Source: an uncultured bacterium
GTDB taxonomy: Bacteria > Chloroflexota > UBA5177 > JANWHV01
Assembly: GCA_963729625.1 (NCBI GenBank)
Contig: CAVSOU010000010.1
Span: 704,001-768,000 of the forward strand
Direction: 5' to 3'
Length of the DNA stretch: 64,000 nt
Shown here: positions 18,490 through 28,620 of the stretch, in pieces
Position numbering within the stretch: the stretch's first letter is position 1
How the letters are laid out: each line of letters begins with the position of its first letter
Program-made: the position numbers and the translations under genes
The notes under the pieces: generated by a model
What the model was told of the DNA's origin: nothing
Seen by the model: only the letters and a program-made list of their open reading frames with translations
Databases searched by the model: none

Positions 18490-19569
18490 TTGGAGTGGAG
18501 GGTCACATCACAGATCCCAATGCCTGAACGCCGTGACTATCCGATCGCAATAGTCGGCGCAGGCGGCATTGTCTATGACGCCCACATGCCCGCGTACCTG
18601 AAGGCGGGGTACAAGGTCGTCGGCATCTTTGACATCGACATGGAGCGCGCGCGTCGAGTGGCCGCGCAGTTCGACATTCCCACCGTCTATCCAAGCCTGG
18701 ACGATCTGCTCTCCGGCCCGTGCCGAATCGTCGACAGCGCGGTACCGCCTGGTGCGAACCTGGATGTCGTCGCGCGCGTGGCTGCGGCCGGCAAGGCCGT
18801 ACTCATTCAGAAACCGCTCGCGGAGGACCTCCGTACCGCTCGCGAGATCGTGGCCAAGGTCGACGAGGCTGGGGTCGTCGCTGCCGTAAACCAACAGGCT
18901 CGCTGGATGCCTGCCGCCATGGCCGCGAAGGATCTTATTCGTCGCGGCCTCCTTGGCGACGTGTACCAAGTGTCTTTCCTGAACAATGTCTTGACACCGT
19001 GGGATCTCTGGCCGTGGATGATGGCCCGTCCGCAGTTTGAGATCATGTACCACGCTATCCACTACCTTGACATGATCCGATCTCTGGTCGGCGTGGAGCC
19101 CAACCTCGTCTTCGCGGACGGTTCTACTTTGCCCGACTACCCAGCCGAGGGAGAGACGCGAACAGTCATCCATCTGATCTTCGATGGCCAGCTCCGCGCC
19201 ACGATTACGGATAACCATCACAATATCGGCGGGCTGCAAGACCAGTACGCGACCGTTCGCGTGGAAGGCACAGAGGGTACGGCCGTCGCCGAGATCGGGC
19301 TCAGCAAGAACTATCCCGTGGGCACGCCCGACAGTTTCCGTTACTCCAGCAGGAAACTGGAGCCAGGAACGTGGATCGCTCCACGACTTGAAGGCACGTG
19401 GTTTCCTGACGCGTTCGTTGGCACCATGGCCAGCGTTATGCGCGGCCTTGAAGGGGCGCCAGGCGCTCCCGAAACCTCGGTTCAGGACAATTTAGGCACC
19501 CTCAGGCTCGTCTTCGCCGCCTATGAGTCGATGAGCCAGCGGCAGCTCATCGATCCGGGGTCACTCTAG
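18490..19569 (+). CDS. Gfo/Idh/MocA family oxidoreductase
   Basis: IVGAGGIV, HMPAY, LIQKPLA, VNQQARW, HAIHYLD, WFPDAF; start uncertain (TTG 18490 or ATG 18520). Confidence 0.9.
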   Translation: MEWRVTSQIPMPERRDYPIAIVGAGGIVYDAHMPAYLKAGYKVVGIFDIDMERARRVAAQFDIPTVYPSLDDLLSGPCRIVDSAVPPGANLDVVARVAAAGKAVLIQKPLAEDLRTAREIVAKVDEAGVVAAVNQQARWMPAAMAAKDLIRRGLLGDVYQVSFLNNVLTPWDLWPWMMARPQFEIMYHAIHYLDMIRSLVGVEPNLVFADGSTLPDYPAEGETRTVIHLIFDGQLRATITDNHHNIGGLQDQYATVRVEGTEGTAVAEIGLSKNYPVGTPDSFRYSSRKLEPGTWIAPRLEGTWFPDAFVGTMASVMRGLEGAPGAPETSVQDNLGTLRLVFAAYESMSQRQLIDPGSL

Positions 19570-19796
19570 CGGGTCATGCTGCAATTGCATGCGATGGTTC
19601 AACGCAGTCGCCAGAGTCAGCCAGACGACGCTGGCGACGGCGTTCGCGGGCGCGCAGCCGTCGCTCGTAGCGCTTGCCGCTCCAGACGAACAGCGTGGGT
19701 GCACGTTCCAGCCCGCGACCGCGTCCACCGCCTACGGTGCCCGGCAAGCTGCCTTCGACCTGCGTAGGTTGCTGGCCAAATGACTTATGGACTGTC

Positions 19797-21011
19797 TCAC
19801 TTTCCGATACTGCAGTCCTCCGATGGGGTGAAACCTGAGTCGCCCACTAGCTTGAGCGTCAGCCGCTGCACCGTGAAGTTGTAATCGTCCCAGGAACCCG
19901 CAGATACCATAAACAGAGTCCGACCGTCGTCCATCATCCACTTGGTCGGGAAGTTGGGCTGATAATCACCGTACGTGCCCCAATTGTCGTCCTGATGAAA
20001 CAGCGACCATGGCCCCCACGGTTCTGGCGCTTCATACAACGTCAGTTGGCTGCGATCGGTCGATTCCGGCCATGTTCCCTGATGGTAGGGTCGCGGCCGC
20101 AGTTCGGCGTCGACAAAACTGTAGTTGCCTAGCAAGTAGCGGTCAATGTGCTTGTCATAGCAGACGTGGTCTTCTCCAGTCATCTTGTCGTGGCGGAATA
20201 CTGGCTGCGCCCCCGCCTCGTCCCTAGTCCACAGTGGCCGGCCGATAGAATCTTGGCTCGTGTAGAACTCCCACGCGGCTCTGACGAGGATCTGCTCTTT
20301 CGGCACACGTCCCAGCAGCATATAGTCGCCGTTCGTCCAATAGCTGTACCCCCCGTCGGCAGCCGGGAAGTAGGCATAGACGAACTCGTCGCGTGCCTCG
20401 GCATAGCCCCTGCCGTACTGCAGAAAATGACAGGAGGCCAGGCGGCCGGTGAAAAAGGATTGCGGCGTTGCTTCCCGGTTCCAAGTTTTCCCGTAGTTGG
20501 TCGTCGTGATGATCCAGCCCTGGATATTGGTCTGGCGGTTGAAGGTCGGGTCGGTGCCATAGTTCTGAGTCTCGACGGCAAAGTAGAGCGTTCCGTCGAT
20601 ATCCAGGAGGCCGGCGGGCTTCAGGCCCATGTGCCGATCAACACGCGGATCGGTGCAATACACACCGGGGTCGAGAGGCAAATTGTCAATTTCATCTGTG
20701 ACCCAGCGATTCTGGTAATTCAGGGCGTCTGCCTGCATGGCTCCGCTAGGGTTCCAATGGTCCTTGGGCTGGCTGACTCGCCAGAAGTTCATCGGGCTGC
20801 TGCGGTTGTCGCCAGCAGCCGCGTAGATGTTGTCGTCGGCTCCCCAGGTCAGCGGCCACATATCGCCTTCGCCGGTGTGATAACGATGGCGGTCGAAGAC
20901 AACGTCGGTGATGTATGTCGATCGCGGGTAAGGTGGTACGGCCTTCCCATAGTCGATATAGTCCGCCCTTGCCCCGCTCCCGCTCACGAACATGACGTAT
21001 TCCATGCGCAT
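19797..21011 (-). CDS. DUF4185-like beta-propeller protein, putative glycoside hydrolase
   Basis: GDMWPLTWGADD, LKPAGLLDIDGTLYF, FLQYGRGY, DEFVYAY, YEAPEPWGPW, FPTKW resemble proteins annotated as DUF4185 (from memory); no signal peptide. Confidence 0.6.
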   Translation of the reverse strand: MRMEYVMFVSGSGARADYIDYGKAVPPYPRSTYITDVVFDRHRYHTGEGDMWPLTWGADDNIYAAAGDNRSSPMNFWRVSQPKDHWNPSGAMQADALNYQNRWVTDEIDNLPLDPGVYCTDPRVDRHMGLKPAGLLDIDGTLYFAVETQNYGTDPTFNRQTNIQGWIITTTNYGKTWNREATPQSFFTGRLASCHFLQYGRGYAEARDEFVYAYFPAADGGYSYWTNGDYMLLGRVPKEQILVRAAWEFYTSQDSIGRPLWTRDEAGAQPVFRHDKMTGEDHVCYDKHIDRYLLGNYSFVDAELRPRPYHQGTWPESTDRSQLTLYEAPEPWGPWSLFHQDDNWGTYGDYQPNFPTKWMMDDGRTLFMVSAGSWDDYNFTVQRLTLKLVGDSGFTPSEDCSIGK

Positions 21012-21421
21012 TGCTCCATCCCACTACGAGGGAAAGTACGAAAAGCCGCAACCGATCGCGTCGTCACGACGCTCAACCGGTCGAACCGGCGCCTCAAGTG
21101 TACTCGGTGGACGCCAAGGTCAGAATGAGCCCGCGAACCTGAGTCGGATGCCCCACCGCGAGCGCCAGATCGATTACCAGCCTCATGTAGGCCAGCGGCC
21201 CAGCCTGTTGAAAAGCGTTCACCGTCCAGCCTGCTTGATCCTTATGCCGACGGGCTCCATTCTGGGGCGTACCGGTGTTGGGGGGCGACAGGCATCTTCA
21301 CGCTCGAGCAGCACGCCATCACCCTTGTCGACTGGGATGGGGCGCACGTGCCCTCCTGCCACTTGCCTTGGTCCGGCATCACCGTCGCTGCCGCCGCCTA
21401 ACCCCAAATGTCCAATCTTCC

Positions 21422-22285
21422 CTATTTGCCGAACAGCGCAGCGAGGGAAGCGCCCGAAGATAGAATAGTGCCGGAAGCCAGGTTCGGCACGAGCTCGCGA
21501 CCGTTCCAGCGTCGCATGCGATAGAGCGTGGCGAAGTTGAACGTGGGGACTGCCATGCCGAAGCCTCCGATCAGCTCGCCGCCCCGCCGCACGTTGTCGG
21601 ACATCCAGGCCGGCAGCAGCACATGATACGGGTTGCGGCCTACCTCGCCCACGTGAAAACTGAGGGCCGCCACAAGGTCTGCCAGGTCCGCGGAGCTTGC
21701 TTGCACCATGAGATTCGGATCGGCCATGGCGCCCCAGAACTCCGACTCTACCACCGGGCCTTGCATGCCGTCGCCAACGAGAGAGAGGGCGTCCATGACC
21801 GCGAAATGCGTGCCGATGTGCGTCGGATTGCTGTCACCAGCGTGAGGCATGAAGATGGCGCGCGGTTGGCGATCTCGAATGATCGTGGCAATGACCTCGA
21901 CACACTCGGCCCATGCCGAAGGATTCGACGCTCGAGTCTTGAGATTCACTCCGGTGAGGCCGCCCTCCTTGGTGGTAATCAGCTCGAACCCAAGGAAGCC
22001 CGTGGCGTCGCGAAGCTCTTGCAGACGCGCCGACTGGCGCTCCACTTTGCTGCCCTGTGTGACAGCCACGACGGCGATGTTGTACGCAAGCTCTCGCCGG
22101 ATTCTCAAAGGTAGGGCTCCGATGATGCACTCGTCATCTGGGTGGGGAGCGAACACCAGCACAGTGGGGGCGTCGCCGGAGACACGCGGCTGCGCCAGCG
22201 GCAACAGCCCGCCAAGTGGAATCGCCCGTGCCTCGTCCAGGAGACGCGATATCTGTTCTACGTAGGCGCAATATGCATGGGTCAC
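21422..22285 (-). CDS. PIG-L/LmbE family deacetylase
   Basis: FAPHPDDECI, DSNPTH; GTG at 22285 overlapping the ROK stop (GTGA). Confidence 0.88.
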   Translation of the reverse strand: MTHAYCAYVEQISRLLDEARAIPLGGLLPLAQPRVSGDAPTVLVFAPHPDDECIIGALPLRIRRELAYNIAVVAVTQGSKVERQSARLQELRDATGFLGFELITTKEGGLTGVNLKTRASNPSAWAECVEVIATIIRDRQPRAIFMPHAGDSNPTHIGTHFAVMDALSLVGDGMQGPVVESEFWGAMADPNLMVQASSADLADLVAALSFHVGEVGRNPYHVLLPAWMSDNVRRGGELIGGFGMAVPTFNFATLYRMRRWNGRELVPNLASGTILSSGASLAALFGK

Positions 22286-23715
22286 GGCGCGACTCCTTTC
22301 AACGTTTGCGGCAGACTGGCAGCAGCTACGGCCTGGCCGACTCGGCGGCTCTTTTCGTCGGGGAGGAACATTGAGATGCGCTGGGCCAGCTCTGGAAACC
22401 CCGCCGCGAAGATCGCGCGGGCCGTCGAAAGGATTAGCTCGCCTCCAGCGCCTGAAGTGACGCGGCCGAGGATCATGGCGTGCTCCAGCCCGTAAAACAC
22501 GTCGTACCATGGGATAGTGTAACCGAGGTACACGCCGATCGATGCAAAGATGTCCTGAGCGTTCTTGTCGCCTCTCGACATGCCCTCCTGCACGACTTTC
22601 AGCCGGTCGGGGAGCTGCATGTCGCCTGGAAACGTCATGCCAGCGGACGCGGCCAGCCTGTCGACGGCTTGCTGGGAGAAATAGGCAGCCCCAACTCCCG
22701 GATTGCCGGACCAATCGTCCGCCCCGCCCTCGGGGTTCGCATCCACCGGGGCGAAGGCAAGCTCGTTCAGCCAGCCGGTAATATGGCCCGAGCGATCGAG
22801 ATAACCCACGGCCTCGCTGGATCCAAGTGCTATGCCCAGGATGCCGGTCTGGTCGAGCGATAGGCCGCCGGCCAGCGCCGTCACGTCGCCGTCGTTAATC
22901 ACTTCAAGTGGCACGCCCCATTCCTGCCGCAGACGAAGAAAGATTGGGCGAGCCTTCGCCTCGAATACGTCGCGCGGAACGGCGCGGAACAGCGACGCCA
23001 CCATGACCTGATTATCGATCATGATGCCGGCCGATGATCCGCCAATCGCATCCACGCGCGGCATGTGTGAGGCAGCAATTCTTAGTCCATCATTTATCCG
23101 CTCGTAGTGATAGTCGGGATCCGGTTCCACCTTTGGATTCCACGGAATTTCGGTGCTGAAGATCACTTCGCCGTCCTTTACGGCGGCAACTTTGTAGTCA
23201 CTGGCGCCGAGATCGAACCCGATGCGAAATCCGTCAAGATGGCCGCCAAGCGCTAGAGGCTTCTTGCACGGTTGGGGCACACTGGCGGCGTCAGTGGTCA
23301 ACACCTGGAAATCCCGACCGAACGCCTGGCCCATGATCTCCGTCTCGAATCGTCCGCGTCCGTCGGTGGTATACTGGGCGGCCACAGCCTTGCACAGCGC
23401 ATCGGGCCCGCCGAGCGTGGCTCGCCGGCCTCCGGCGACCCACAGGAGGCCGTTGAGGATGTACGTGACGTAGCGCACGTTGTCCGCGTCTCGGCCGGAT
23501 CCAGGAGGAAACACCGCGACGTCAAGTCTCGAGATACTCTCAGGGCTCTGTTCAAGCGCGATGCTCACACGTTCCGACGCGCCGCATTCGGCCAACGCAG
23601 CACGATAGTTGCGTACTCCGAGAGATAGTGGCCGGTAGCCGGGATCGAGCCTCAGTGGCGTGCTGAGCCTGACATCAAAGAGGCTGCCGGAGAACGCGGA
23701 ATCCTGTGGTATCAC
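22282..23715 (-). CDS. ROK family protein (sugar kinase-like) with N-terminal extension
   Basis: IGFDLGASDYK, NDGDVTALAG, GIALGSSEAVGY, WLNELAFAPVD, VGQAVAAASL. Confidence 0.88.
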   Translation of the reverse strand: MIPQDSAFSGSLFDVRLSTPLRLDPGYRPLSLGVRNYRAALAECGASERVSIALEQSPESISRLDVAVFPPGSGRDADNVRYVTYILNGLLWVAGGRRATLGGPDALCKAVAAQYTTDGRGRFETEIMGQAFGRDFQVLTTDAASVPQPCKKPLALGGHLDGFRIGFDLGASDYKVAAVKDGEVIFSTEIPWNPKVEPDPDYHYERINDGLRIAASHMPRVDAIGGSSAGIMIDNQVMVASLFRAVPRDVFEAKARPIFLRLRQEWGVPLEVINDGDVTALAGGLSLDQTGILGIALGSSEAVGYLDRSGHITGWLNELAFAPVDANPEGGADDWSGNPGVGAAYFSQQAVDRLAASAGMTFPGDMQLPDRLKVVQEGMSRGDKNAQDIFASIGVYLGYTIPWYDVFYGLEHAMILGRVTSGAGGELILSTARAIFAAGFPELAQRISMFLPDEKSRRVGQAVAAASLPQTLKGVAP

Positions 23716-23940
23716 TTATGCCTCCATCCGGTCAAAACGCTCCGCTTCGCGATGCAGCGCCCGAATGGGCGGTAGTGCAGACAAAATGGTCTTGACGATG
23801 TTATGAAGAAACGCGGTCACTTGTAAAGTGTGTGTACGGTCGAGACCCATGAGAACCGAGATGGACAGCGCGGAGTTCGCGTACTCCGCGCGTGCGTCAG
23901 CTGCCAGCGGCAAGCCAGCCAGTGTGTTCGCAAATCATGT

Positions 23941-23970
23941 TTGACGACGGGTTGCGGGCCTCGCTACACT
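23941..23970 (+). promoter_or_regulatory. sigma70-type promoter of tRNA-Leu
   Basis: TTGACG-N18-TACACT, 20 nt upstream of the tRNA 5' end. Confidence 0.65.
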
Positions 23971-23990
23971 GTGCGCACGGACATCCAGCG

Positions 23991-24072
23991 GCCGGCGTGG
24001 CGGAATGGCAGACGCAAGCGACTTAAAATCGCTCGGGCAACCGTGTGGGTTCGACTCCCACCGCCGGCACCA
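23991..24072 (+). tRNA. tRNA-Leu(UAA)
   Basis: Acceptor GCCGGCG/CGCCGGC plus A-CCA, anticodon stem AGCGA/TCGCT with TAA at 24024-24026, variable arm CGGGCAACCG, T-loop GGTTCGACTCC; no intron. Confidence 0.97.
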
Positions 24073-24329
24073 GAGAAGATGACACATTTACGCGCCGGAT
24101 CGCTGGCTTCCAGGAGGATTCCGTCTCACGAATATCTCACGGAAGCAGGCGCGACCGGCATTCGGTGTGGCTGCCACTGCACTAGAGTCCATGAGCGAGC
24201 TATGGTCGCTCAGGTGACTTGAATTCAGGGACGATGTGCGAGGCTGAACTACAGACACGCTGACTTCAATCAGCATCCACAGCCTGTCTAGGCAACCACT
24301 TTGCTGCTCGTCGTCGACGCGATACCGAC

Positions 24330-25769
24330 CTATGTCAAGGCGAGCGCGTTGCAGACGAGCTTCCCGAGCGTCTTGAGACCGTTCTCGATGCGCGGCTGCC
24401 AGGTATGGCCGCAACTCAGCCGGAGACAGTTGGCGTAGCGATTGCCGGCGGAAAACACGTCACCAGGGGCAAAGCAGATGCCGTGGTCGAGCGCAAGGTC
24501 GGACAGCTCGCGGCTTTTGAGCGAGCCAGGCAACTCCAGCCAGAGCACGAACCCGCCCGCTGGTCGCGAGACGCAGGTACCGGGTGGAAAGGTCTGCTCG
24601 ATGGTCCGTTGCATGTGATCGATATTGCTCGCGAAGGTACGCCTGATGCGGCGGAGATGGCTGTCATAGCCACCCGACGCAAGGAACTCAGCGAGAGCGA
24701 GCTGGGGCAAGGCCGGACCACAGAGCGTCAAAGCCACCTTCTGCTCCAGCACGCGCTGCATGTGGCGACCCGCGGCGATCCAGCCAATCCGGTAGCCGGG
24801 CGCCACGGTCTTGGAAAACGAGCTGCAGTAGAGGACATTGCTCCGAGGAGCCAGGGCCATGAACGGCTTTGGTCGCTCGGAGCCGAAGTAGATCTCGCCG
24901 TAGATGTCGTCTTCGATCAGCGGTATGTCGTGCGTGGCGAGCAGGTCAAGCACTGCAGTCTTCTTCGCATCAAGCATGGTATAGCCCAGCGGATTGCTGA
25001 AGCAGGACGACAGGAGGCAGGCCTGTACCGCGTTGCGCGCGAGCGCCTGCTGCAACGCGTCCAGCTCGATGCCACTCGTCGCATCCGTTGGCAGCTCGAG
25101 TGCCTGCAAGTCCAGCGCTTCGAGGATATGCAGGAGCCCGAAGTAGGTGGGTGACTCGATGGCCACGGTATCGCCCGGCCGCGTCACGGCTTTCAAGGCC
25201 ACCGTCAGGGCCTCGGTGCAGCCGCACGTGATGACAATGTCCTCGGGGGCGAGCGCCTGTCCCCAGCGCAACGTACGGCGGGCAAGCTCCTGACGCAACA
25301 TCGGATCGCCTTGGGCGGCGGTGTAGACGTTGTAGTCCAGTCCGTTCACGCGCGCGGCCCGTGCCAGGAAGCGGTCGAGGCGACTCGCTGCGAGCAACTC
25401 GGTGCTGGGGATAGCGCAGCCCAGCGGCACGAGTCGGGGATCGGCAGCGTAGTTCAGCAGCTGCAACACCGCGCTGGACACCGATACGCCGGTGGCGTGC
25501 CCTGGTGGCCGGGATACCGTGGGCGCGTGCAGCGAGACCCGAGGCTGTGCGGCGACGTAGTAGCCAGACTGCGGTCGCGCCTCGAGAATGCCCTGATCCT
25601 CCAAGACACGATACGCCTGCATTGCCGTGGAAAGGCTCATCGCCCGCTGCCGGCTGATCTGGCGGAGCGAGGGTGCCCGTGATCCCGGTGGTAGGATGCC
25701 CTGGTGTACCAGACCAGTGATAAAGTGCACAACCTCTTCGTACCGGTAGAGGGTGTCGGCCTGCACCAC
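24330..25769 (-). CDS. MocR/GabR family regulator (wHTH + PLP aminotransferase-like domain)
   Basis: PSLRQIS...STAMQAY...ARPQSGYYV; ESPTYFG, EDDIYGE, SFSKTVAPGYRIGW; GTG at 25769 after GAAGGA. Confidence 0.93.
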   Translation of the reverse strand: MVQADTLYRYEEVVHFITGLVHQGILPPGSRAPSLRQISRQRAMSLSTAMQAYRVLEDQGILEARPQSGYYVAAQPRVSLHAPTVSRPPGHATGVSVSSAVLQLLNYAADPRLVPLGCAIPSTELLAASRLDRFLARAARVNGLDYNVYTAAQGDPMLRQELARRTLRWGQALAPEDIVITCGCTEALTVALKAVTRPGDTVAIESPTYFGLLHILEALDLQALELPTDATSGIELDALQQALARNAVQACLLSSCFSNPLGYTMLDAKKTAVLDLLATHDIPLIEDDIYGEIYFGSERPKPFMALAPRSNVLYCSSFSKTVAPGYRIGWIAAGRHMQRVLEQKVALTLCGPALPQLALAEFLASGGYDSHLRRIRRTFASNIDHMQRTIEQTFPPGTCVSRPAGGFVLWLELPGSLKSRELSDLALDHGICFAPGDVFSAGNRYANCLRLSCGHTWQPRIENGLKTLGKLVCNALALT

Positions 25770-25837
25770 GCGTGTTCCTTCTTTCGGCGCGCCGGCGGCA
25801 GCGCATCGTCGCCTGGCACAGGTCAGAAACTGTTCTG

Positions 25838-25861
25838 GATACAATACATGGTTTCTGTATC
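25838..25861. promoter_or_regulatory. candidate MocR operator
   Basis: Inverted GATACA-N12-TGTATC within an AT-rich patch of the divergent MocR/aminotransferase spacer. Confidence 0.5.
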
Positions 25862-26030
25862 TGTTATTGTAGCGTGCGCGGCGATAGCATCGTGGAAGTG
25901 ATGCAGCCGTCGGCCGGGTGCGGTGGCGAGTATCGCGCACGCGTTGAACTACGTGCACCGCACCCGGCCGACGGCGCCGAACGACGCTGTGAGTGATGAC
26001 AACATCGGGCGACTTACACGCACGTGAAAG

Positions 26031-27236
26031 GTGAGACGAATGACAGTGCTTGAAGACAGGGTCGTCGCGGCAGCGCAGCATGGCCCCGTGTTGACTCACC
26101 CGGAGTGGCGAGGCCGTTTTCCCTACAACGCGATCATTTCCCTGCTCGACGTGAATCGACCATTCAATCTTGCGGAGAGCACATCGCAGGACCTGACGGT
26201 CGGAGACGTGCTGGACCTGGCCGGGCTCGAGTCTCTGCGCGGATTGAAGCTCGGCTACGGTCGGTCTGCCGGTGCGGTCGAGCTGCGCGAGGAGATCGCC
26301 AAGGCCTGCAACGTGCCTGCCGAGCAGATCATCACGACCCAGGGTACGGCCTTGGGACTCTTCCTTCTGGCCTTCGAGGTTTGCCGACCTGGTGATGAGG
26401 CAATCCTCGTGATACCGTGCTTTCCGCCGAGCCGCGACAGCCTTCTTGGCGCAGGTGTCAACGTCCGCGAGATCAGGTTGACATTCGAGAACGACTACCA
26501 GTTGGATGTGGACGAACTCGCGACCAGCCTTTCGCCGAAGACCAAGCTCGTCAGTCTCGCTTCGCCCCAGAACCCCAGCGGGGTCCGGACGTCGCGCGCC
26601 ATCGTCGACAAGGTTCTCGAGTTGCTGGAGAGTCGCGCGCCGCAAGCCATCCTCTTCATCGACGAGACCTATCGCGAGGCCACTTACGGCAATGAAGCTG
26701 CGCCAGATAGTTTTGCCGGACTGCATCCGCGCATCGTCACCGGTGCTTCTGTGTCGAAGGCGCTTGGCGCGCCTGGCCTGCGCACGGGCTGGCTCACTAG
26801 CGCAGATGCGGACCTCAGGTCGCGCCTAGTCGTCGCCAAGATGAATACCGTGATCTCCGGTTCGGTGCTCGACGAGGCGCTGGCCACCGCACTGTTGCGC
26901 AATCGCGATAGCGTGCTCGCGCCACGCCGCCTGCTGCTCGCCGAAGGTCTCGTGAAACTAGCCGCCTGGTGCGAGGCTGAACGCACACGCATTGAATGGA
27001 TCCGCCCGCAGGGTGGTGCCCTCTGCTGCCTGCGCCTTCGCGCTGACACGTTCGACAACGCAGCCGTCTTGCGGTTCTGGGACTTGTTGCCCCAACACGA
27101 ACTGCAACTAGCTTCTGGGGCGTGGTTCGGAGAGAGCGACCGCGTCTTTCGGCTGGGCTTCGGGTACCTGCCGCCCGAGCGCCTGGGCCCCGCGCTGGCC
27201 GCCCTTTCGACGGTGCTGGACGCCGCTGCTCCGTGA
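26031..27236 (+). CDS. class I/II PLP-dependent aminotransferase
   Basis: NLAEST, SPQNPSG, IDETYRE, SVSKALGAPGLRTGW, FRLGFG. Confidence 0.92.
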   Translation: MRRMTVLEDRVVAAAQHGPVLTHPEWRGRFPYNAIISLLDVNRPFNLAESTSQDLTVGDVLDLAGLESLRGLKLGYGRSAGAVELREEIAKACNVPAEQIITTQGTALGLFLLAFEVCRPGDEAILVIPCFPPSRDSLLGAGVNVREIRLTFENDYQLDVDELATSLSPKTKLVSLASPQNPSGVRTSRAIVDKVLELLESRAPQAILFIDETYREATYGNEAAPDSFAGLHPRIVTGASVSKALGAPGLRTGWLTSADADLRSRLVVAKMNTVISGSVLDEALATALLRNRDSVLAPRRLLLAEGLVKLAAWCEAERTRIEWIRPQGGALCCLRLRADTFDNAAVLRFWDLLPQHELQLASGAWFGESDRVFRLGFGYLPPERLGPALAALSTVLDAAAP

Positions 27237-27305
27237 TGGCCAGCCGACGTACAACCACGCACATGATGGTCCGATCCTTCACCCTGAAACCGGTCGAGTG
27301 CACAC

Positions 27306-27562
27306 ATGAACGTACGAATTGCCTACATCGAAGAGCCGCCTTACTACTGGACCGCCGAAGAACCCCTGTCGGAGGCTTCTCATTCGATAGGGGCAATCAC
27401 GGCCTCCTGCGTGCCGTGAATGAGCAACTGCACGGGTATCTCGGTTCGGCAGACCACCGCGCCCGGGTGGCGAAGTACGGCATCACGCAGACAGAAATCG
27501 ACAGCGTGCTACCCGCCAACGGTGCGGCGTATGGCGGGCGTGCCCGACGGAGAGCAAGATGA
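27306..27562 (+). pseudogene. internally deleted amino-acid ABC substrate-binding protein (family 3, EhuB-like)
   Basis: N-terminus MNVRIAYIEEPPYYWTAE joins out of frame near 27360 to a C-terminus PVGGFSFDRGNHGLLRAVNEQL...HRARVAKYGIT; ATGA overlap with the phzF-like gene. Confidence 0.65.
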
Positions 27563-28440
27563 AGAATTCCTATGACTACAAAGTAGTGGACGTTTTCACG
27601 AGTCGACCGCTGGCAGGCAACCCGGTGGCGGTCGTATTCGACGCGGGCCGCCTGGAAACCGACGATATGCAGGCCATCGCGCGCTGGACCAACCTCTCTG
27701 AGACCACTTTCGTCCTGCCGCAAACGACGACCGCGGCGGACTACCGCCTCAGAATCTTCACGCCGCGCAGCGAACTACCCTTTGCCGGGCATCCGACGCT
27801 GGGCAGTGCGCATGCCATCCTGGAAGCGGGACGGGCCGTGCTGCGCGAAGGCGGCCGGTTGGTCCAACAATGCGGCATCGGCCTCGTTGACGTAACGATC
27901 GAGGACGGCGCCGACGGCCGCCTGCTAGCATTTGCCTTGCCGTCCGCTCGTATCGCGCCGCTGCCAGCTGCCGACGTTGCGGAACTGGCGCTCATCTTGG
28001 GATGCAAGCTGAACCCTGAGGCCGCCCCGGCCCTCGTGAACGTGGGGCCTATCTGGGTGGTTCTACCGATGACTGACGCGGCCGCCGTGCTCGATCTGAA
28101 GCCTGACTTCACGAAGCTGGCGGCGTTCGAGCGCCGTCTTGGCGTTACGGGTCTCACGGTCTATGGCCGCTACCAACAAGGGGAGTTGGCCATTGAAGTC
28201 CGCAGCTTCGCACCGTCGTGCGGGGTCGAGGAGGACCCCGTTTGCGGAAGCGGCAATGCCAGCGTGGCGGCCTTCCAGTGGGAGCGGGGCCTGCTGCCGG
28301 CGGGTGGCGTGGCCTACGTGGCCGCGCAAGGACGCCGCGTTGGGCGGGACGGGCGCGTGAAGGTGCGGATCGGTGCCGACGGCCGCGTTCACGTAGGCGG
28401 TTCGTGCATCACCTGCGTAGATGGTCTGCTTACTCTTTAG
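27559..28440 (+). CDS. PhzF family isomerase/epimerase
   Basis: VDVFT...GNPVAVV, NLSETTFV, RIFTP.ELPFAGHPTLG, EDPVCGSGN. Confidence 0.93.
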   Translation: MKNSYDYKVVDVFTSRPLAGNPVAVVFDAGRLETDDMQAIARWTNLSETTFVLPQTTTAADYRLRIFTPRSELPFAGHPTLGSAHAILEAGRAVLREGGRLVQQCGIGLVDVTIEDGADGRLLAFALPSARIAPLPAADVAELALILGCKLNPEAAPALVNVGPIWVVLPMTDAAAVLDLKPDFTKLAAFERRLGVTGLTVYGRYQQGELAIEVRSFAPSCGVEEDPVCGSGNASVAAFQWERGLLPAGGVAYVAAQGRRVGRDGRVKVRIGADGRVHVGGSCITCVDGLLTL

Positions 28441-28463
28441 GACCGAGTCCCCTGCCGTTCTAG

Positions 28464-28620
28464 ATGAACACGACCGAATTTCCAACCCAGCTCCCGACAG
28501 ACTCCGCGTGCGGCCGCATCTCGGTGACCAATCCCTTTGATGGCGTCGAGGTCGGCGCTGTCTCCCTCATGCCGCCCCAGAACGCGCAGGCGATTCTGCG
28601 AGTCGCGAGTGACGGTGCGC
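28464..28620 (+). pseudogene. N-terminal remnant of an aldehyde dehydrogenase
   Basis: ISVTNPFDGVEVGAV resembles the ALDH N-terminus; similarity is lost after about 50 codons. Confidence 0.5.

Noticed and set aside
23991-24072. Group I intron in tRNA-Leu(UAA), or bldA-style regulation
   Set aside because: The anticodon loop is uninterrupted, and nothing here shows TTA-codon control.
25770-26726. 798-aa version of the MocR ORF
   Set aside because: The extension is antisense to the aminotransferase; the wHTH and RBS put the start at 25769.
27559-28440. Phenazine biosynthesis
   Set aside because: Only a PhzF-family gene is present; no phzA/B/D/E/G.
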